A DNA stretch of 64,000 nucleotides from an uncultured cyanobacterium (GTDB lineage Bacteria > Cyanobacteriota > Cyanobacteriia > PCC-6307 > Cyanobiaceae), in NCBI GenBank assembly GCA_963765575.1, contig CAVXWZ010000011.1, positions 320,001 to 384,000 of the forward strand, written 5' to 3'. Below the pieces are notes generated by a model. It made no database searches, was not told the origin of the DNA, and saw only the letters and a program-made list of their open reading frames with translations. Positions 8,263-18,583 of the stretch are shown piece by piece (position 1 is the first letter of the stretch; every line of letters starts with the position of its first letter). The translations under genes were made by a program, and so were the position numbers.

Positions 8263-9542
8263 GGCGGAAGCAGGGCGGTTGCGGCCAGTCTGGCCATGCC
8301 CTGGGCCGCATTCAGCCGGGGCCTGTTCAGCACCGGCCGCCCCAGCTGCCGTTCCCGGATGGCCCGCCACTGGGGATTGCGGGCTCCCCCGCCCAAGGTG
8401 ATCACCCGCCGCACCGGCGCTGCCCCCAGTTGCTGCAGCCTGGCCCAACCCGCCCGCTCAATCTCGGCCAGCCCCTCCAGCAAGCCCTGCAGATAGAGCG
8501 CATCACTCACCGGCCTGGGTTCCAGCACCGGCTCCAGATCGGGATCGTCCACCGGAAAGCGTTCGCCCCGGCTGGGCAGGGGCCTCAAGGTCAGTCCGCT
8601 GACCGTGGCCGGATCGATCTGGCGGCTCAGCTGCGCCAGTTGTGGATCGCTGAACAAGCGGCGCAGCACAGCTCCGCCGGCATTGGAGGCCCCGCCCACC
8701 AGCCAGCGCCCCGCCACCCGATGGCAGCTCACCCCCGGGCCCTGGATCGGCCGGGGACTCCACTGCTTCAGCACCAGCGTTGTGCCCAGCACACACACCC
8801 CATCGAGGTCCCCTGGTTCGGCCGCCAGCACGGCCGCGTTGGCATCGGTACTGCCCGCTACCAGCCGGCAGCTGGGGGGGAGATCGAGGGCGCTGGCCGC
8901 ACCGGCGCTGAGGCCGCCGAGCACCTCGCCGCTGGCGCGGATGGCCGGCAGGCCAGAGCTCCAGGGCTGGGCGGCGATCCGCCCGCCCCAGCTCTGGCGT
9001 TCCAGGTCCCAGCCCAGGCGCAGGTTGTTGCCTTCCTCGCCCCAGCGCCAGTCGCCCAGTAGCCAGCCCAGCAGCCAGTCGGCCTGGTGGCGCAGCAGCC
9101 ACGGCTCTTGCGCCTGCCCCTGCGCCGCTGCGTCCAGCAACCGCAATGCCCGGGCGAGGCTGCCGCTGGCGCTGCGGGCCGGACCGTCAGCTGCCAGCGC
9201 CGCCAGCGCCGGCTGCTGTTCGGGGCAGCTGAGGTGGTACGGCAGGGCCTCGGCGAGGTTGACGCCCCGGTGGATCCCTTCAGGAAGGCTGCCGTCGCTG
9301 CGGCAGAGCAGCAGCGTGCCGGAGGTGCCCGCCAGGGCCAGGGCCCCCACCTGACCACGGAGCTCAGGCGGGAGGCGCTTGCAGAGGGCGATCAGGCCAT
9401 CCCGCCACCCCAGAGGCTGGACAAAGGGTGCGGGATAGGAGCTGGCCGCTTCCGCCACCACGCTGCCCTCGCTGTCGACGAGGGCCAGGCGCAGGCCGCT
9501 GCTGCCCAGATCCACACCCAGCGCCAGGTTGCCCGGCGCCAC
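8259..9542 (-). CDS. FGGY-family carbohydrate kinase
   Basis: LGVDLGSSG, GTSGT, GSTDANAA, LGTTLVLK, GGASNAGG, GGGARN motifs. Confidence 0.9.
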   Translation of the reverse strand: MAPGNLALGVDLGSSGLRLALVDSEGSVVAEAASSYPAPFVQPLGWRDGLIALCKRLPPELRGQVGALALAGTSGTLLLCRSDGSLPEGIHRGVNLAEALPYHLSCPEQQPALAALAADGPARSASGSLARALRLLDAAAQGQAQEPWLLRHQADWLLGWLLGDWRWGEEGNNLRLGWDLERQSWGGRIAAQPWSSGLPAIRASGEVLGGLSAGAASALDLPPSCRLVAGSTDANAAVLAAEPGDLDGVCVLGTTLVLKQWSPRPIQGPGVSCHRVAGRWLVGGASNAGGAVLRRLFSDPQLAQLSRQIDPATVSGLTLRPLPSRGERFPVDDPDLEPVLEPRPVSDALYLQGLLEGLAEIERAGWARLQQLGAAPVRRVITLGGGARNPQWRAIRERQLGRPVLNRPRLNAAQGMARLAATALLPP

Positions 9543-9547
9543 CGGGG

Positions 9548-10795
9548 TCAGGCGGCGATCTGGCTGGCTGTGGCCTGCTGCAGGGTGGCGGCCATGGCCT
9601 CCACGTCCTCCCAGGGGAGGTTGAGGTCGCTGCGGCCGAAGTGGCCGTAGGCGGCCACGTCCTGATAGAAGCGGCCTCCGCGCTGGCTGGGCAGCTCGCG
9701 CAGGCCGAAACGCTCGATGATGGCTCCGGGCCGCAGGTCGAAATGCTCCTGCACCAGGGCGGTGAGATCGGCATCACTGATCCGGCCACTGCCGAAGCTC
9801 TGCACCAGGATGCTCACCGGCCTGGCCACGCCGATCGCATAGCTCAGCTGAACTTCCGCGCAGCGCACCAGGCCGGCGGCGACCAGCGCCTTGGCCACAT
9901 AGCGGGCGGCGTAGGCCGCTGAGCGGTCCACCTTGGTGGGGTCCTTGCCGGAGAAGGCGCCACCGCCATGGCGGGCGTAGCCGCCATAGGTGTCCACGAT
10001 GATCTTGCGCCCCGTGAGGCCGGCATCCCCCTGGGGGCCTCCGACCACGAACTTGCCGGTGGGATTGACCAGAAAGCGGGTGCCCTCACGGCTGGGTCGC
10101 AGGCTCAGATCGGCGGTGACGGGCTCCACCACCTGGCTCCAGAGATCGGCGCTGATGCGCTCCCGGATCGCCTTCTCCTCGCTCACCCCATCGATGCTGG
10201 GGGTGTGCTGGGTGGAGATCAGGATCGTGTCGATCGCCACCGGCCGATCGTCCTCGTAGACCACGCTCACCTGGGTCTTGCCATCGGGCAGCAGGTAGCC
10301 GAGGGTGCCGTCGTGGCGCACCCGGGACAGCTGGCGAGCCAAACGATGGGCCAGGCTGATCGGCAAGGGCATCAGCTCGGGGGTTTCATCGCAGGCATAG
10401 CCGAACATGATTCCCTGGTCGCCCGCCCCCACCAGATCCAGGGGGTCGCCGGCGTGGTCGTCCGCCTCATTGACCCCCTGGGCGATGTCCGGGGATTGCT
10501 GGTCAAGGGCCACAAGCACGGCGCAGCTGTGGGCATCGAAGCCGCCGGCGCGTGCACTGGTGTAGCCGATCTCCGCGATCACCTTCCGCACCAGGGTGTT
10601 GAAGTCGACGCGGGCCGTGGTGGTGACCTCGCCTGTGAGCAGGCACAGGCCAGTGTTCACCACCGTTTCGCAGGCCACCCGGCTGGAGGGATCCTGGCTC
10701 AGCAGGGCATCCAGCACCGCATCACTCACCTGATCGCAGATCTTGTCCGGATGCCCCTCGGTCACCGACTCGGACGTGAAGACGTAGCGGCTCAT
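9548..10795 (-). CDS. metK: S-adenosylmethionine synthetase
   Basis: [28 protein letters not shown] signatures. Confidence 0.98.
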   Translation of the reverse strand: MSRYVFTSESVTEGHPDKICDQVSDAVLDALLSQDPSSRVACETVVNTGLCLLTGEVTTTARVDFNTLVRKVIAEIGYTSARAGGFDAHSCAVLVALDQQSPDIAQGVNEADDHAGDPLDLVGAGDQGIMFGYACDETPELMPLPISLAHRLARQLSRVRHDGTLGYLLPDGKTQVSVVYEDDRPVAIDTILISTQHTPSIDGVSEEKAIRERISADLWSQVVEPVTADLSLRPSREGTRFLVNPTGKFVVGGPQGDAGLTGRKIIVDTYGGYARHGGGAFSGKDPTKVDRSAAYAARYVAKALVAAGLVRCAEVQLSYAIGVARPVSILVQSFGSGRISDADLTALVQEHFDLRPGAIIERFGLRELPSQRGGRFYQDVAAYGHFGRSDLNLPWEDVEAMAATLQQATASQIAA

Positions 10796-10822
10796 CGGCC
10801 CCGGTTCAACAGCGGCCCCAGC

Positions 10823-11632
10823 TTATGGGCGTTGCACCCTCAGTTCTTGCCAGTGGGCCAGCTGCGTGTAGCGGGGATCCAGGGGCGGGGGCTGCCGCCA
10901 GCCGGCGCTGTAGCCCAGCACCACCGCCACGCCGGCCCTCTCGGCCATGCGCAGGTCGCTGTTGGCATCGCCGATCAGGGCGCAACGGCTCGGCTCCACC
11001 CCCAGTTCACGGCAGAGGGCCCCAACGGCGGCGGGATCGGGTTTGCGGGGCCGATGGTCGGCGCTGCGCAGGGCCTGAAAGCAGTTGCCCAGGTTCTCGC
11101 CCGTCAGAAACGATTCGATGCCCCGCTGCTCGTCGTTGCTGATCACGGCACAGGCCACCCCCCCGGCGTTGAGTTGGTGGAGGAGCGAGTGCAGCCCTTC
11201 GGTGGCCCTGGGGGGAGCGCCATTGGCATCGGCACCGGCGCCATCGCAGTGATCGAAAGCGGCCTCGGCCAGATCGAGGGCCTCCGGCCACCCCAGGCCC
11301 ACCTGGGCCAGGGCGGTGGCGGTGGCCACGAGGTTGTGCTCGCGGCTCGCCACGGCCGTGGTGCTGGCCGGGTGAATCCCGTCGCTCAACAGGCCATAGG
11401 TGGCGGCCAGCCGGGGAGGAAACGCGCTGAGCACGGCCGCGTCCAGCTCCGGATGGCGTTCCCGTAGCAGGTGCTGGCAGTGGTCGACCCTGGCCCGGGC
11501 GAGGGTCAGCAGTCTGGGCTCGCTGTGGCAGAGGGTGCCGTCCTTGTCGAACAGCACGGCCTCGATCGGACAGGGGCCGCCCGGGGCTGCGCCCCGCCGC
11601 AGGGCCACTCCACGCAGCAGCAGGTGGACCAA
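10823..11632 (-). CDS. HAD-family hydrolase
   Basis: FDKDGTL, KPDP, IGDANSD motifs. Confidence 0.88.
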   Translation of the reverse strand: MVHLLLRGVALRRGAAPGGPCPIEAVLFDKDGTLCHSEPRLLTLARARVDHCQHLLRERHPELDAAVLSAFPPRLAATYGLLSDGIHPASTTAVASREHNLVATATALAQVGLGWPEALDLAEAAFDHCDGAGADANGAPPRATEGLHSLLHQLNAGGVACAVISNDEQRGIESFLTGENLGNCFQALRSADHRPRKPDPAAVGALCRELGVEPSRCALIGDANSDLRMAERAGVAVVLGYSAGWRQPPPLDPRYTQLAHWQELRVQRP

Positions 11633-11639
11633 GGGGAGA

Positions 11640-12695
11640 TCAGTCCAGGGTGACGCCCATGGGCTCCTGGTCCTCGGCCTGCTCCATCAGCATCTGCTTG
11701 TAGCGGGCGGCCATCTCCTCGGCCTTGTCGAACACCTTCTGAGGATCGGTGAGCATGTCGCCAGGCTCCGGCTCCAGGGCCTTGGTCGAGAGCGAGATCC
11801 GGCCCCGTTCGGCGTCGAGGTCGATGATCATCACCTTCATCTGATCGTTGACATTGAGCACCGAATGGGGCGTTTCGATGTGCTCGTGGCTGATTTCAGA
11901 GATGTGCAGCAGGCCGCTCACCCCACCGATGTCGATGAAGGCGCCGTAGGGCTTGATGCCGCGCACCGTGCCCAGCACCACTTCACCCACCTCAAGGCGA
12001 TTCATCTTGCGCTCCACCAGGGCGCGCCTGTGGCTGAGCACCAGGCGGTTGCGCTCTTCGTCAACCTCGAGGAACTTCAGGGGCAGGAAGTCGGCCACCA
12101 GCTCTTCCTTGGGTTTGCGGGTGCTGATGTGGCTGCCGGGGATGAAGCCCCGCAGCCCCTCCACGCGCACCAGGGCCCCACCGCGGTTGGTGGCGAACAC
12201 CTCGCTGTAGATGGTGGCGTCCTCCTTCTGGAGCTGGCGCACCCGCTCCCAGGCCCGCTGGTACTCGATGCGGCGGATGGAGAGCGAGAGCTGGCCGTCC
12301 TCGTTCTCCTCACTCATGATGAAGAACTCCCGGATCTCCCCGGGCTGGAGCACGTCCGCCAGGCCCTCCACCCGGTTGATCGACACCTCCTGAAGGGGCA
12401 TGAAGGCGGCCGTCTTGGCGCCGATGTCGATCATCGCGCCCTTGGATTCCAGGGCGAACACGGTGCCGTTGACGACGTCACCGGGCTTGAAGTTGTAGTC
12501 GTACTTGCTCAGCAGTGCCGCGAACTCATCGAGCGAGAAGCCCACCCCGTCGAGATCCAGGCTGGCGGGTCGGCTGTCGGAGTCGTCAGCGGCGGGAACC
12601 TCTTCCGCAATGGCGTCGTCGAGGTCGGTTGCCGCTGCAGCGGCAAGATCGAGTTCGGCCTCGGTGCTGCTGATGTCGGAAGGGGTCACGGTCAT
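11640..12695 (-). CDS. rpsA: 30S ribosomal protein S1
   Basis: Three S1 repeats (IDIGAKTAAFMP, GFIPGSHIS, YGAFIDIGGVSGLLHISEIS). Confidence 0.95.
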   Translation of the reverse strand: MTVTPSDISSTEAELDLAAAAATDLDDAIAEEVPAADDSDSRPASLDLDGVGFSLDEFAALLSKYDYNFKPGDVVNGTVFALESKGAMIDIGAKTAAFMPLQEVSINRVEGLADVLQPGEIREFFIMSEENEDGQLSLSIRRIEYQRAWERVRQLQKEDATIYSEVFATNRGGALVRVEGLRGFIPGSHISTRKPKEELVADFLPLKFLEVDEERNRLVLSHRRALVERKMNRLEVGEVVLGTVRGIKPYGAFIDIGGVSGLLHISEISHEHIETPHSVLNVNDQMKVMIIDLDAERGRISLSTKALEPEPGDMLTDPQKVFDKAEEMAARYKQMLMEQAEDQEPMGVTLD

Positions 12696-12823
12696 GGGGA
12701 TGGGCGGACTGCCGGAGGCAGGGCGATGGAGTCGGATGGGCTGCCCGCCTGCAGCCACGCCCGGACTCCCAAATCTATCAAGCCACCTGGGTTGGATCCC
12801 CATCGCCAGGACGGGTGACTGGC

Positions 12824-13318
12824 TCAGCCCAGAGCGGCCAGGGGCGCCTCGCTGCGCTTGCGGCCGCTGCGCCTGTTCAGGCCTTCGAGGGTGGCCACAA
12901 AATCGCTCACCCCCTGGAACTGCCGATACACCGAGGCGAAGCGCACGTAGGCCACCTCGCTCATGGCGCTGAGTTGCTCAAGCACCATCTCACCGATTTC
13001 GGCGCTGCTCACCTCGCGCCCGGGACGCTGCTGCAACTGCAGTTCCAGCTCATCGACCACCGATTCCAGCCGTGACGGCTCCAGGCCGGTTTTCTCGCAG
13101 GCACGCAGCAGGCCATGCAGCAGCTTGGCTCGGTTGAAGGTTTCCCTGGCCCCATTGCGCTTGACCACGGTGACGGGCACCGTTTCCACCCGCTCGTAGG
13201 TGGTGAAGCGAAAGGTGCAGTTGAGACATTCCCGTCGCCGTCGCACACTGCGGCCGCAGTCAGCAGATCGCGACTCCAGAACCCGGCTGTCGGTGTGTTG
13301 GCAGGAAGGGCATTGCAT
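12824..13318 (-). CDS. nrdR: Transcriptional repressor NrdR
   Basis: MQCPSC...SRVLESR...[14 protein letters not shown] zinc ribbon, ATP cone, [10 protein letters not shown]. Confidence 0.97.
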   Translation of the reverse strand: MQCPSCQHTDSRVLESRSADCGRSVRRRRECLNCTFRFTTYERVETVPVTVVKRNGARETFNRAKLLHGLLRACEKTGLEPSRLESVVDELELQLQQRPGREVSSAEIGEMVLEQLSAMSEVAYVRFASVYRQFQGVSDFVATLEGLNRRSGRKRSEAPLAALG

Positions 13319-13408
13319 GCCCGTACGTCCGGGTGTCGTTACCGGAGTTTAAGCAGGTGTTGTTGCCCTGAAAAGGGCTAGGGAGCTTGATTGAACGGTT
13401 TTGACCAT

Positions 13409-13434
13409 GAAAAAACCCCCGGATGATCCGGGGG
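13409..13434 (-). terminator. Terminator of psbB-psbT
   Basis: CCCCCGGAT/ATCCGGGGG stem followed by T-run on the minus strand. Confidence 0.85.
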
Positions 13435-13461
13435 CGGAGGGCCCGAAGGCTGGTCTGAACC

Positions 13462-13557
13462 TCACTTGCCGATTTTCGGCGGATCGCGGAAGGCGATCGC
13501 GAAGAAAAGAGTGGCGAGGGCCAGGGTGAGGATGAGGATGTAGGCGAAGCTCTCCAT
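13462..13557 (-). CDS. psbT: Photosystem II protein PsbT
   Basis: Hand-translated [39 protein letters not shown]. Confidence 0.96.
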   Translation of the reverse strand: MESFAYILILTLALATLFFAIAFRDPPKIGK

Positions 13558-13572
13558 GGGGTGACCTCCAGG

Positions 13573-15132
13573 TCAGCTGAGGGGGGTGCCAGCGGGGGGC
13601 ACGAAGCCCTCCGGGATGCGACGGGTGGATTGATCGCCCAGTTTCTGGAACAGGCCGAATTCCACCTGCTCGCCCAGATCGGGATCGATGCCGGCGAACA
13701 CGTCGCGGTAAAGGGTGCGGGCGCCATGCCAGATGTGCCCGAAGAAGAACAACAGGGCAAAGGTGGCGTGACCGAAGGTGAACCAGCCGCGCGGGGAGCT
13801 GCGGAAGGTGCCGTCGGAGTTGTAGGTGTCGCGATCGAAGTCGAAGGCTTCACCCAGCTGGGCCTTGCGGGCCAGCCTCTTCAGATCGGCTGAATCGGTG
13901 AAGACCTGGCCGTTGAGGGCTCCGCCGTAGACGGTGGCCGTGACGCCGGTCTGCTCGAAGGAGTATTTGGCTTCAGCCCGCCGGAAGGGGATGTCGGCGC
14001 GGATGATGCCGTCCTGATCTTCGAGAACCACGGGGAAGTTCTCGAAGAAGTTGGGCAGGCGACGCACCTCCAGTTCGCGTCCATCCTTGTCGGTGAAGGA
14101 GATGTGCCCAAGCCAGCCGGTGGGAAGGCCGTCGCCGTTCACCATCGGTCCGACCCGGAACAGGCCCCCCTTGGCTGGGCTGTTGCCCACGTAGTCGAAG
14201 AAGGCGAGCTTCTCAGGGATCGAGGCGTAGGCCTCCTCCTTGGTGGCGCCGTTGTCGAGCGCCGTCTGAACCCGGCGGTTGATTTCAGTCTTGAAGTAGC
14301 TCTGGTCCCACTGGTAGCGGGTGGGGCCAAACAGCTCAACCGGGGTAGCCGCTGCGCCATACCACATGGTGCCGGCCACCACGAAGGCGGCGAAGAACAC
14401 AGCGGCGATGGCCGAAGCCAACACCGTTTCGATGTTGCCCATGCGCAGGGCCTTGTAGAGCCTTTCCGGTGGGCGGGTGGTGATGTGGAAGATGCCGGCG
14501 ATGATGCCCACGATGCCGGCAGCGATGTGGTGGGCCACGATGCCGCCGGGATTGAAGGGGTTGAATCCCTCAGGTCCCCAGGAGGGCTGCACCGGCTCGA
14601 TGTGGCCCCCGAGGCCGTAGGCATCGGTGACCCACATGCCGGGCCCGAAGACACCGGTGAGGTGGAAGGCGCCGAAGCCGAAGCAGGCCAGGCCTGCCAG
14701 CAGCAGGTGAATGCCGAAGATCTTGGGGAGATCAAGGGCGGGCTCGCCGGTGCGGGGGTCCTGCCAGATCTCCAGATCCCAGAAGGTCCAATGCCAGATG
14801 GCCGCCAGGAACAGCAGGCCGCTGAAAACGATGTGGGCTGCAGCCACACCTTCGAAGCTCCAGAAGCCTGGGTCCACGCCGGTTTCACCGGTGATGCTCC
14901 AGCCGCCCCAGCTGCCGGTCACGCCCAGCCTGGCCATGAAGGGCATCACAAACATCCCCTGGCGCCACATGGGGTTGAGCACCGGGTCGGACGGATCGAA
15001 GATCGCGAGCTCGTAAAGAGCCATGGAGCCGGCCCAGCCGGCGACCAGGGCGGTGTGCATGAGGTGCACGGCCAGAAGGCGGCCTGGGTCGTTGATGACC
15101 ACGGTGTGCACCCGATACCAGGGCAATCCCAT
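13573..15132 (-). CDS. psbB: Photosystem II CP47
   Basis: [26 protein letters not shown]. Confidence 0.99.
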   Translation of the reverse strand: MGLPWYRVHTVVINDPGRLLAVHLMHTALVAGWAGSMALYELAIFDPSDPVLNPMWRQGMFVMPFMARLGVTGSWGGWSITGETGVDPGFWSFEGVAAAHIVFSGLLFLAAIWHWTFWDLEIWQDPRTGEPALDLPKIFGIHLLLAGLACFGFGAFHLTGVFGPGMWVTDAYGLGGHIEPVQPSWGPEGFNPFNPGGIVAHHIAAGIVGIIAGIFHITTRPPERLYKALRMGNIETVLASAIAAVFFAAFVVAGTMWYGAAATPVELFGPTRYQWDQSYFKTEINRRVQTALDNGATKEEAYASIPEKLAFFDYVGNSPAKGGLFRVGPMVNGDGLPTGWLGHISFTDKDGRELEVRRLPNFFENFPVVLEDQDGIIRADIPFRRAEAKYSFEQTGVTATVYGGALNGQVFTDSADLKRLARKAQLGEAFDFDRDTYNSDGTFRSSPRGWFTFGHATFALLFFFGHIWHGARTLYRDVFAGIDPDLGEQVEFGLFQKLGDQSTRRIPEGFVPPAGTPLS

Positions 15133-15248
15133 GGGGAGCTTCGTTCTGGAAGGGTCTGGCGATCGTAAGGTCGGCTTGGCCCCGACGGCGGCGCAGGTTA
15201 CGGAGCGCAACGCCCCCCTTCACAATGGGCCCAGGTGCACCGTGAGCC

Positions 15249-15758
15249 ATGCCCGTGATCCGTTTTCTGCGCGAGAACCGCGATGTGGAGTGCTACCCCG
15301 GAGAGAATCTCCGCGACGTGGCCCTGCGCGAGGACATCGGCCTGTACGGGATCAAGGGAATCCTGGGCAACTGCGGTGGCTGCGGCCAATGCATCACCTG
15401 CTTTGTGGAGGTTCCCGAGGACGCTTCTGCGCAGGCCCTCAGTGGACGCACCCCTGTGGAGGAGCAGAAGCTGCGGAACCGTCCTGAGAGCTGGCGTCTG
15501 GCCTGTCAGGCCCTGGTGCAGGAGTCGTTGGTGGTGATCACCCGGCCCCAGCTGGGGCTGGCCAACAGGGAAGCCCAGCTCGCCACCTCCAGCGCATCGC
15601 CCCTGCCGGCGGGCCCCACCAGTTGGCCCGTACCCCCGGCGGCGGAGACGGGGCCCGGGGAGCCGGGTGAGATGGACGAGCAGGGCGGCGGGACACCAGG
15701 CCCCGGTGGCCCGGACACGGCTGACGCGGATCCGGCTACGGGCGGTGACGGCGGCTGA
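15249..15758 (+). CDS. 2Fe-2S ferredoxin-like protein
   Basis: NCGGCGQCITC and RLACQ cysteine pattern. Confidence 0.9.
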   Translation: MPVIRFLRENRDVECYPGENLRDVALREDIGLYGIKGILGNCGGCGQCITCFVEVPEDASAQALSGRTPVEEQKLRNRPESWRLACQALVQESLVVITRPQLGLANREAQLATSSASPLPAGPTSWPVPPAAETGPGEPGEMDEQGGGTPGPGGPDTADADPATGGDGG

Positions 15759-15816
15759 GGCGTGACGGTTTGCCGGTGATACCCTCCGACCACGACCTCA
15801 CCTGACCCCCTGCCCC

Positions 15817-15924
15817 ATGGAAACCAACGATCTCGGCTTTGTCGCCAGCCTGATGTTCGTCCTGGTTCCGACGGTGTTTCTGCTGGTGCTCTACATCCAG
15901 ACCAGCAGCCGCCAGGGCGGCTGA
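15817..15924 (+). CDS. psbM: Photosystem II protein PsbM
   Basis: Hand-translated [35 protein letters not shown]. Confidence 0.96.
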   Translation: METNDLGFVASLMFVLVPTVFLLVLYIQTSSRQGG

Positions 15925-15952
15925 GCTTGGGGGCGGCTTGACGCCGCCCTGG

Positions 15953-16804
15953 TCAACTCCGCCCTTCCGGTTCGCGCACCAGCAGCACCGGCGCTGGAGC
16001 ATGCACGCGGATGTAATCGCTCACGGAGCTGCCCAGGAGTCGATCCAGATCCACCAGCGCCTTGGCCACCACAGGCCGCCGGTCCTGGGAGGCGATCACC
16101 AGCAGGTCGGCGTTGTCGTCCTGGGCGGCTGCACACACGCTGCGGCCCACGTCGGATCCGGTGCGGTGCATGGGCCTGAGGCTCACGCCATAGCTCCGGG
16201 CCTGCTGCACGGCCCGGTTCAGCACCGCGTCGGCCGGTGAACTGCCGCCGCGGGATGGGGTGATGTCCTGGCGGGTCACGTGCACTCCGGTGAGGGTCCC
16301 GCCGGGAATCTCCCGCACCAGTTCGGCCGCCAGCCTGAGGGCGTCGTCGCCCACCCCGGTGCCATCCACCGTCACCATCACCCGGTTGATGTGGCGCACG
16401 TAGAGGTCGTCACGCACCAGCAGCATCGGCCGGGTCGAGAGCTGGAACACGTACTGGCTGGCGCTGTTGCCGAGGATCGATTGCAGCCGGTTGAGGCCGC
16501 GGGACCCCATCACGATCAGATCGCTGCCGAGTTCATCAGCCACCTGCAGCACCGTTTGCTTGGTGTCGCCCTGGCGAATGATCGTGTTGACGTCGCTGGG
16601 ATTGAGCTGCAGGCGGGTCACGGCCTCGGCCACCAGCCCTGCCGCCTGCTGCCAGTGCTGCTGAAAATCTTCACCCGCCTGCTCCGGCACCACATGCAGG
16701 AGGTTGAGGCGGGCCTGCCGCACCACGGGAATGGCACGCAGCATGCGCACCATCTCCTCCACATGGCCTTTGCCGGAGTCGGCGATCAGAACGTTGCGGA
16801 ACAC
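15953..16804 (-). CDS. Universal stress protein (tandem USP domains)
   Basis: DLIVMGSRG...ILGNSASQYV and LLGSSVSDYIRVHAPAPVLLV. Confidence 0.92.
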   Translation of the reverse strand: MFRNVLIADSGKGHVEEMVRMLRAIPVVRQARLNLLHVVPEQAGEDFQQHWQQAAGLVAEAVTRLQLNPSDVNTIIRQGDTKQTVLQVADELGSDLIVMGSRGLNRLQSILGNSASQYVFQLSTRPMLLVRDDLYVRHINRVMVTVDGTGVGDDALRLAAELVREIPGGTLTGVHVTRQDITPSRGGSSPADAVLNRAVQQARSYGVSLRPMHRTGSDVGRSVCAAAQDDNADLLVIASQDRRPVVAKALVDLDRLLGSSVSDYIRVHAPAPVLLVREPEGRS

Positions 16805-16865
16805 AGGGACACGTCCGGACTCTGGGGCAGCCTATGGCGATTCCCCGAAGCCCCTGATCCCCGCC

Positions 16866-17333
16866 ATGCAGACCGTGACGGAGTGTGGCGAATGGCTGCT
16901 GCGCAGGCGCGTGTTGCCCCAGCACACCGATCACGCCGGCGTGATGTGGCACGGGGCCTATCTGGGCTGGTTGGAGGAGGCACGGGTGGAGGCTTTGGCT
17001 GCCGTGGGCCTGGCCTACAGCGATCTTTCTGACCAGGGGCTGGAATTGCCGGTGGTGGGCCTCACCATTGATTACCGCCAGGCCCTCCAGCATGGCGATG
17101 CGGTGGAACTGCGCAGCACGGTGCTGGCCCGGCGGGGGGTGAAGCTGCCCTGGAGCAGCCGCTTTTTCGGCCCCTCAGGACAACTGGCCGCCAGTGCCCG
17201 GGTCGACTTGGTGCTGGTGGACCGCCAGCGCCCTGTCGGCGCCGATGCGGGGCGGGCTGGAGGGCGTGTGGTGCGCCGCTGGCCCGAGGAGCTGGCGCGG
17301 GCCATGGAGGCCCTGGGCCGCGGCCCAGGCTAG
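16866..17333 (+). CDS. Acyl-CoA thioesterase (4HBT/YbgC family)
   Basis: HTDHAGVMWHGAYLGWLEEARVE motif. Confidence 0.88.
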   Translation: MQTVTECGEWLLRRRVLPQHTDHAGVMWHGAYLGWLEEARVEALAAVGLAYSDLSDQGLELPVVGLTIDYRQALQHGDAVELRSTVLARRGVKLPWSSRFFGPSGQLAASARVDLVLVDRQRPVGADAGRAGGRVVRRWPEELARAMEALGRGPG

Positions 17334-17337
17334 GATT

Positions 17338-17351
17338 GGTACAAATGTACT
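17338..17351. promoter_or_regulatory. Putative LexA (SOS) box upstream of dprA
   Basis: GGTACAAATGTACT palindrome (GTACA-N2-TGTAC), 7 nt before dprA ATG. Confidence 0.7.
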
Positions 17352-17358
17352 GTTGCTC

Positions 17359-18552
17359 ATGGGGGAGTTGGTTTCGCTGCACTCCCGCCCCACCCGTTCC
17401 GGGTGCGCCAGCTCCGGAGCTGCCCAGGGCTGGTCCCGCGACCGGCGGCTGTGGTGGTTGCTGTGGTCGGCCTGTCCCGGGCTGGGTTGGGTGAGCTTGC
17501 GCCGGATCGAGGCCCATGTCGGCTCCCTGGAGGCGGCCTGGCTCCTGCCCCTGCAGGAGTTGCCGCCATTGCCCGGGCGGGGCCAGGCCGCGCTGCAGCA
17601 GCTCGATCGCTTTCGGCGCCGGTGGGGAGAGGCGCCGCTGGAGCGCTGGGCCGCGCAGGTGCACGGCGGCCGGGGGGTGCTGCTGCCCGGTGATGGCGCC
17701 TCCCCGCCGCAGCTCAGGCAGCTCGAGCGGCCGCCCCTGGCCCTGCACTGGCGGGGGCGAGGCAGCCTCTGGCCTTGCCTGGCCAGTCGCCAGGCCGTGG
17801 CGGTGGTCGGTACCCGCCGGCCTTCGCCCCATGGTCTGGCGATGGCGGAGGCCCTGGGCCGGGCCCTCGCCGCGGCCGGATGGCCGGTGGTGAGCGGTCT
17901 GGCTGAGGGCATCGACGCGGCCTGCCACCGGGGCTGCCTGGCGGCCGGAGGTCGGCCCGTGGCGGTGTTGGGCACGCCGCTGGACAGGGTCTACCCGCGG
18001 CACCACGGTGACCTGCAGGGGCAGGTGGGCCACCAGGGCCTGCTGATCAGTGAGCACCCCCGCGGGGCCCCGGTGCGGGCCGGCCAGTTTGTCTGCCGCA
18101 ATCGCCTGCAGGTGGCCCTGGCCCGGGCCGTGGTGGTGGTGGAGTGCCCCGAGCGCAGCGGCGCCCTGCATTCCGCCCGCCTCGCCTGGCGGCAGCAGCT
18201 GCCGCTGTGGGTGGTGCCCGCCGATGCTGCCAGGGCCTCCGCTCGGGGCAGCAACCGCTTGCTGGGCGAAAGCGCTTCGGTGTTGCTGGAGCCAGCCGAT
18301 CTGGTGCGTCAGCTCGGCTCCGGGCCGCTGGCCCGCTCGGCCCTCGCTGGCCCGCCCAGGTCGGCCGTTCCCTCGGCGCGGCCGCCGGCAGGGGAGAGGG
18401 AGCTGCTGCAGGCCCTCGGGGAGCGGGCGTCGCTGGAGGAGCTCTGCCTGCAACTCGCGCAACCGGCCGGCAGCCTGGCGCCCCGCCTGTTGGCGCTGGA
18501 GTTGGCGGGGCTGGTGCGGGCCGAGCCGGGGCTCCACTGGCGGCGCCTTTAG
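17359..18552 (+). CDS. dprA: DNA processing protein DprA
   Basis: VAVVGTR, VVSGLAEGIDAACH, SEHP...FVCRNRL, SGALHSA, GSNRLL motifs; C-terminal winged helix. Confidence 0.93.
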   Translation: MGELVSLHSRPTRSGCASSGAAQGWSRDRRLWWLLWSACPGLGWVSLRRIEAHVGSLEAAWLLPLQELPPLPGRGQAALQQLDRFRRRWGEAPLERWAAQVHGGRGVLLPGDGASPPQLRQLERPPLALHWRGRGSLWPCLASRQAVAVVGTRRPSPHGLAMAEALGRALAAAGWPVVSGLAEGIDAACHRGCLAAGGRPVAVLGTPLDRVYPRHHGDLQGQVGHQGLLISEHPRGAPVRAGQFVCRNRLQVALARAVVVVECPERSGALHSARLAWRQQLPLWVVPADAARASARGSNRLLGESASVLLEPADLVRQLGSGPLARSALAGPPRSAVPSARPPAGERELLQALGERASLEELCLQLAQPAGSLAPRLLALELAGLVRAEPGLHWRRL

Positions 18553-18583
18553 CGTGAGTCGGTGCTGATCCACAGCCGCCGCC

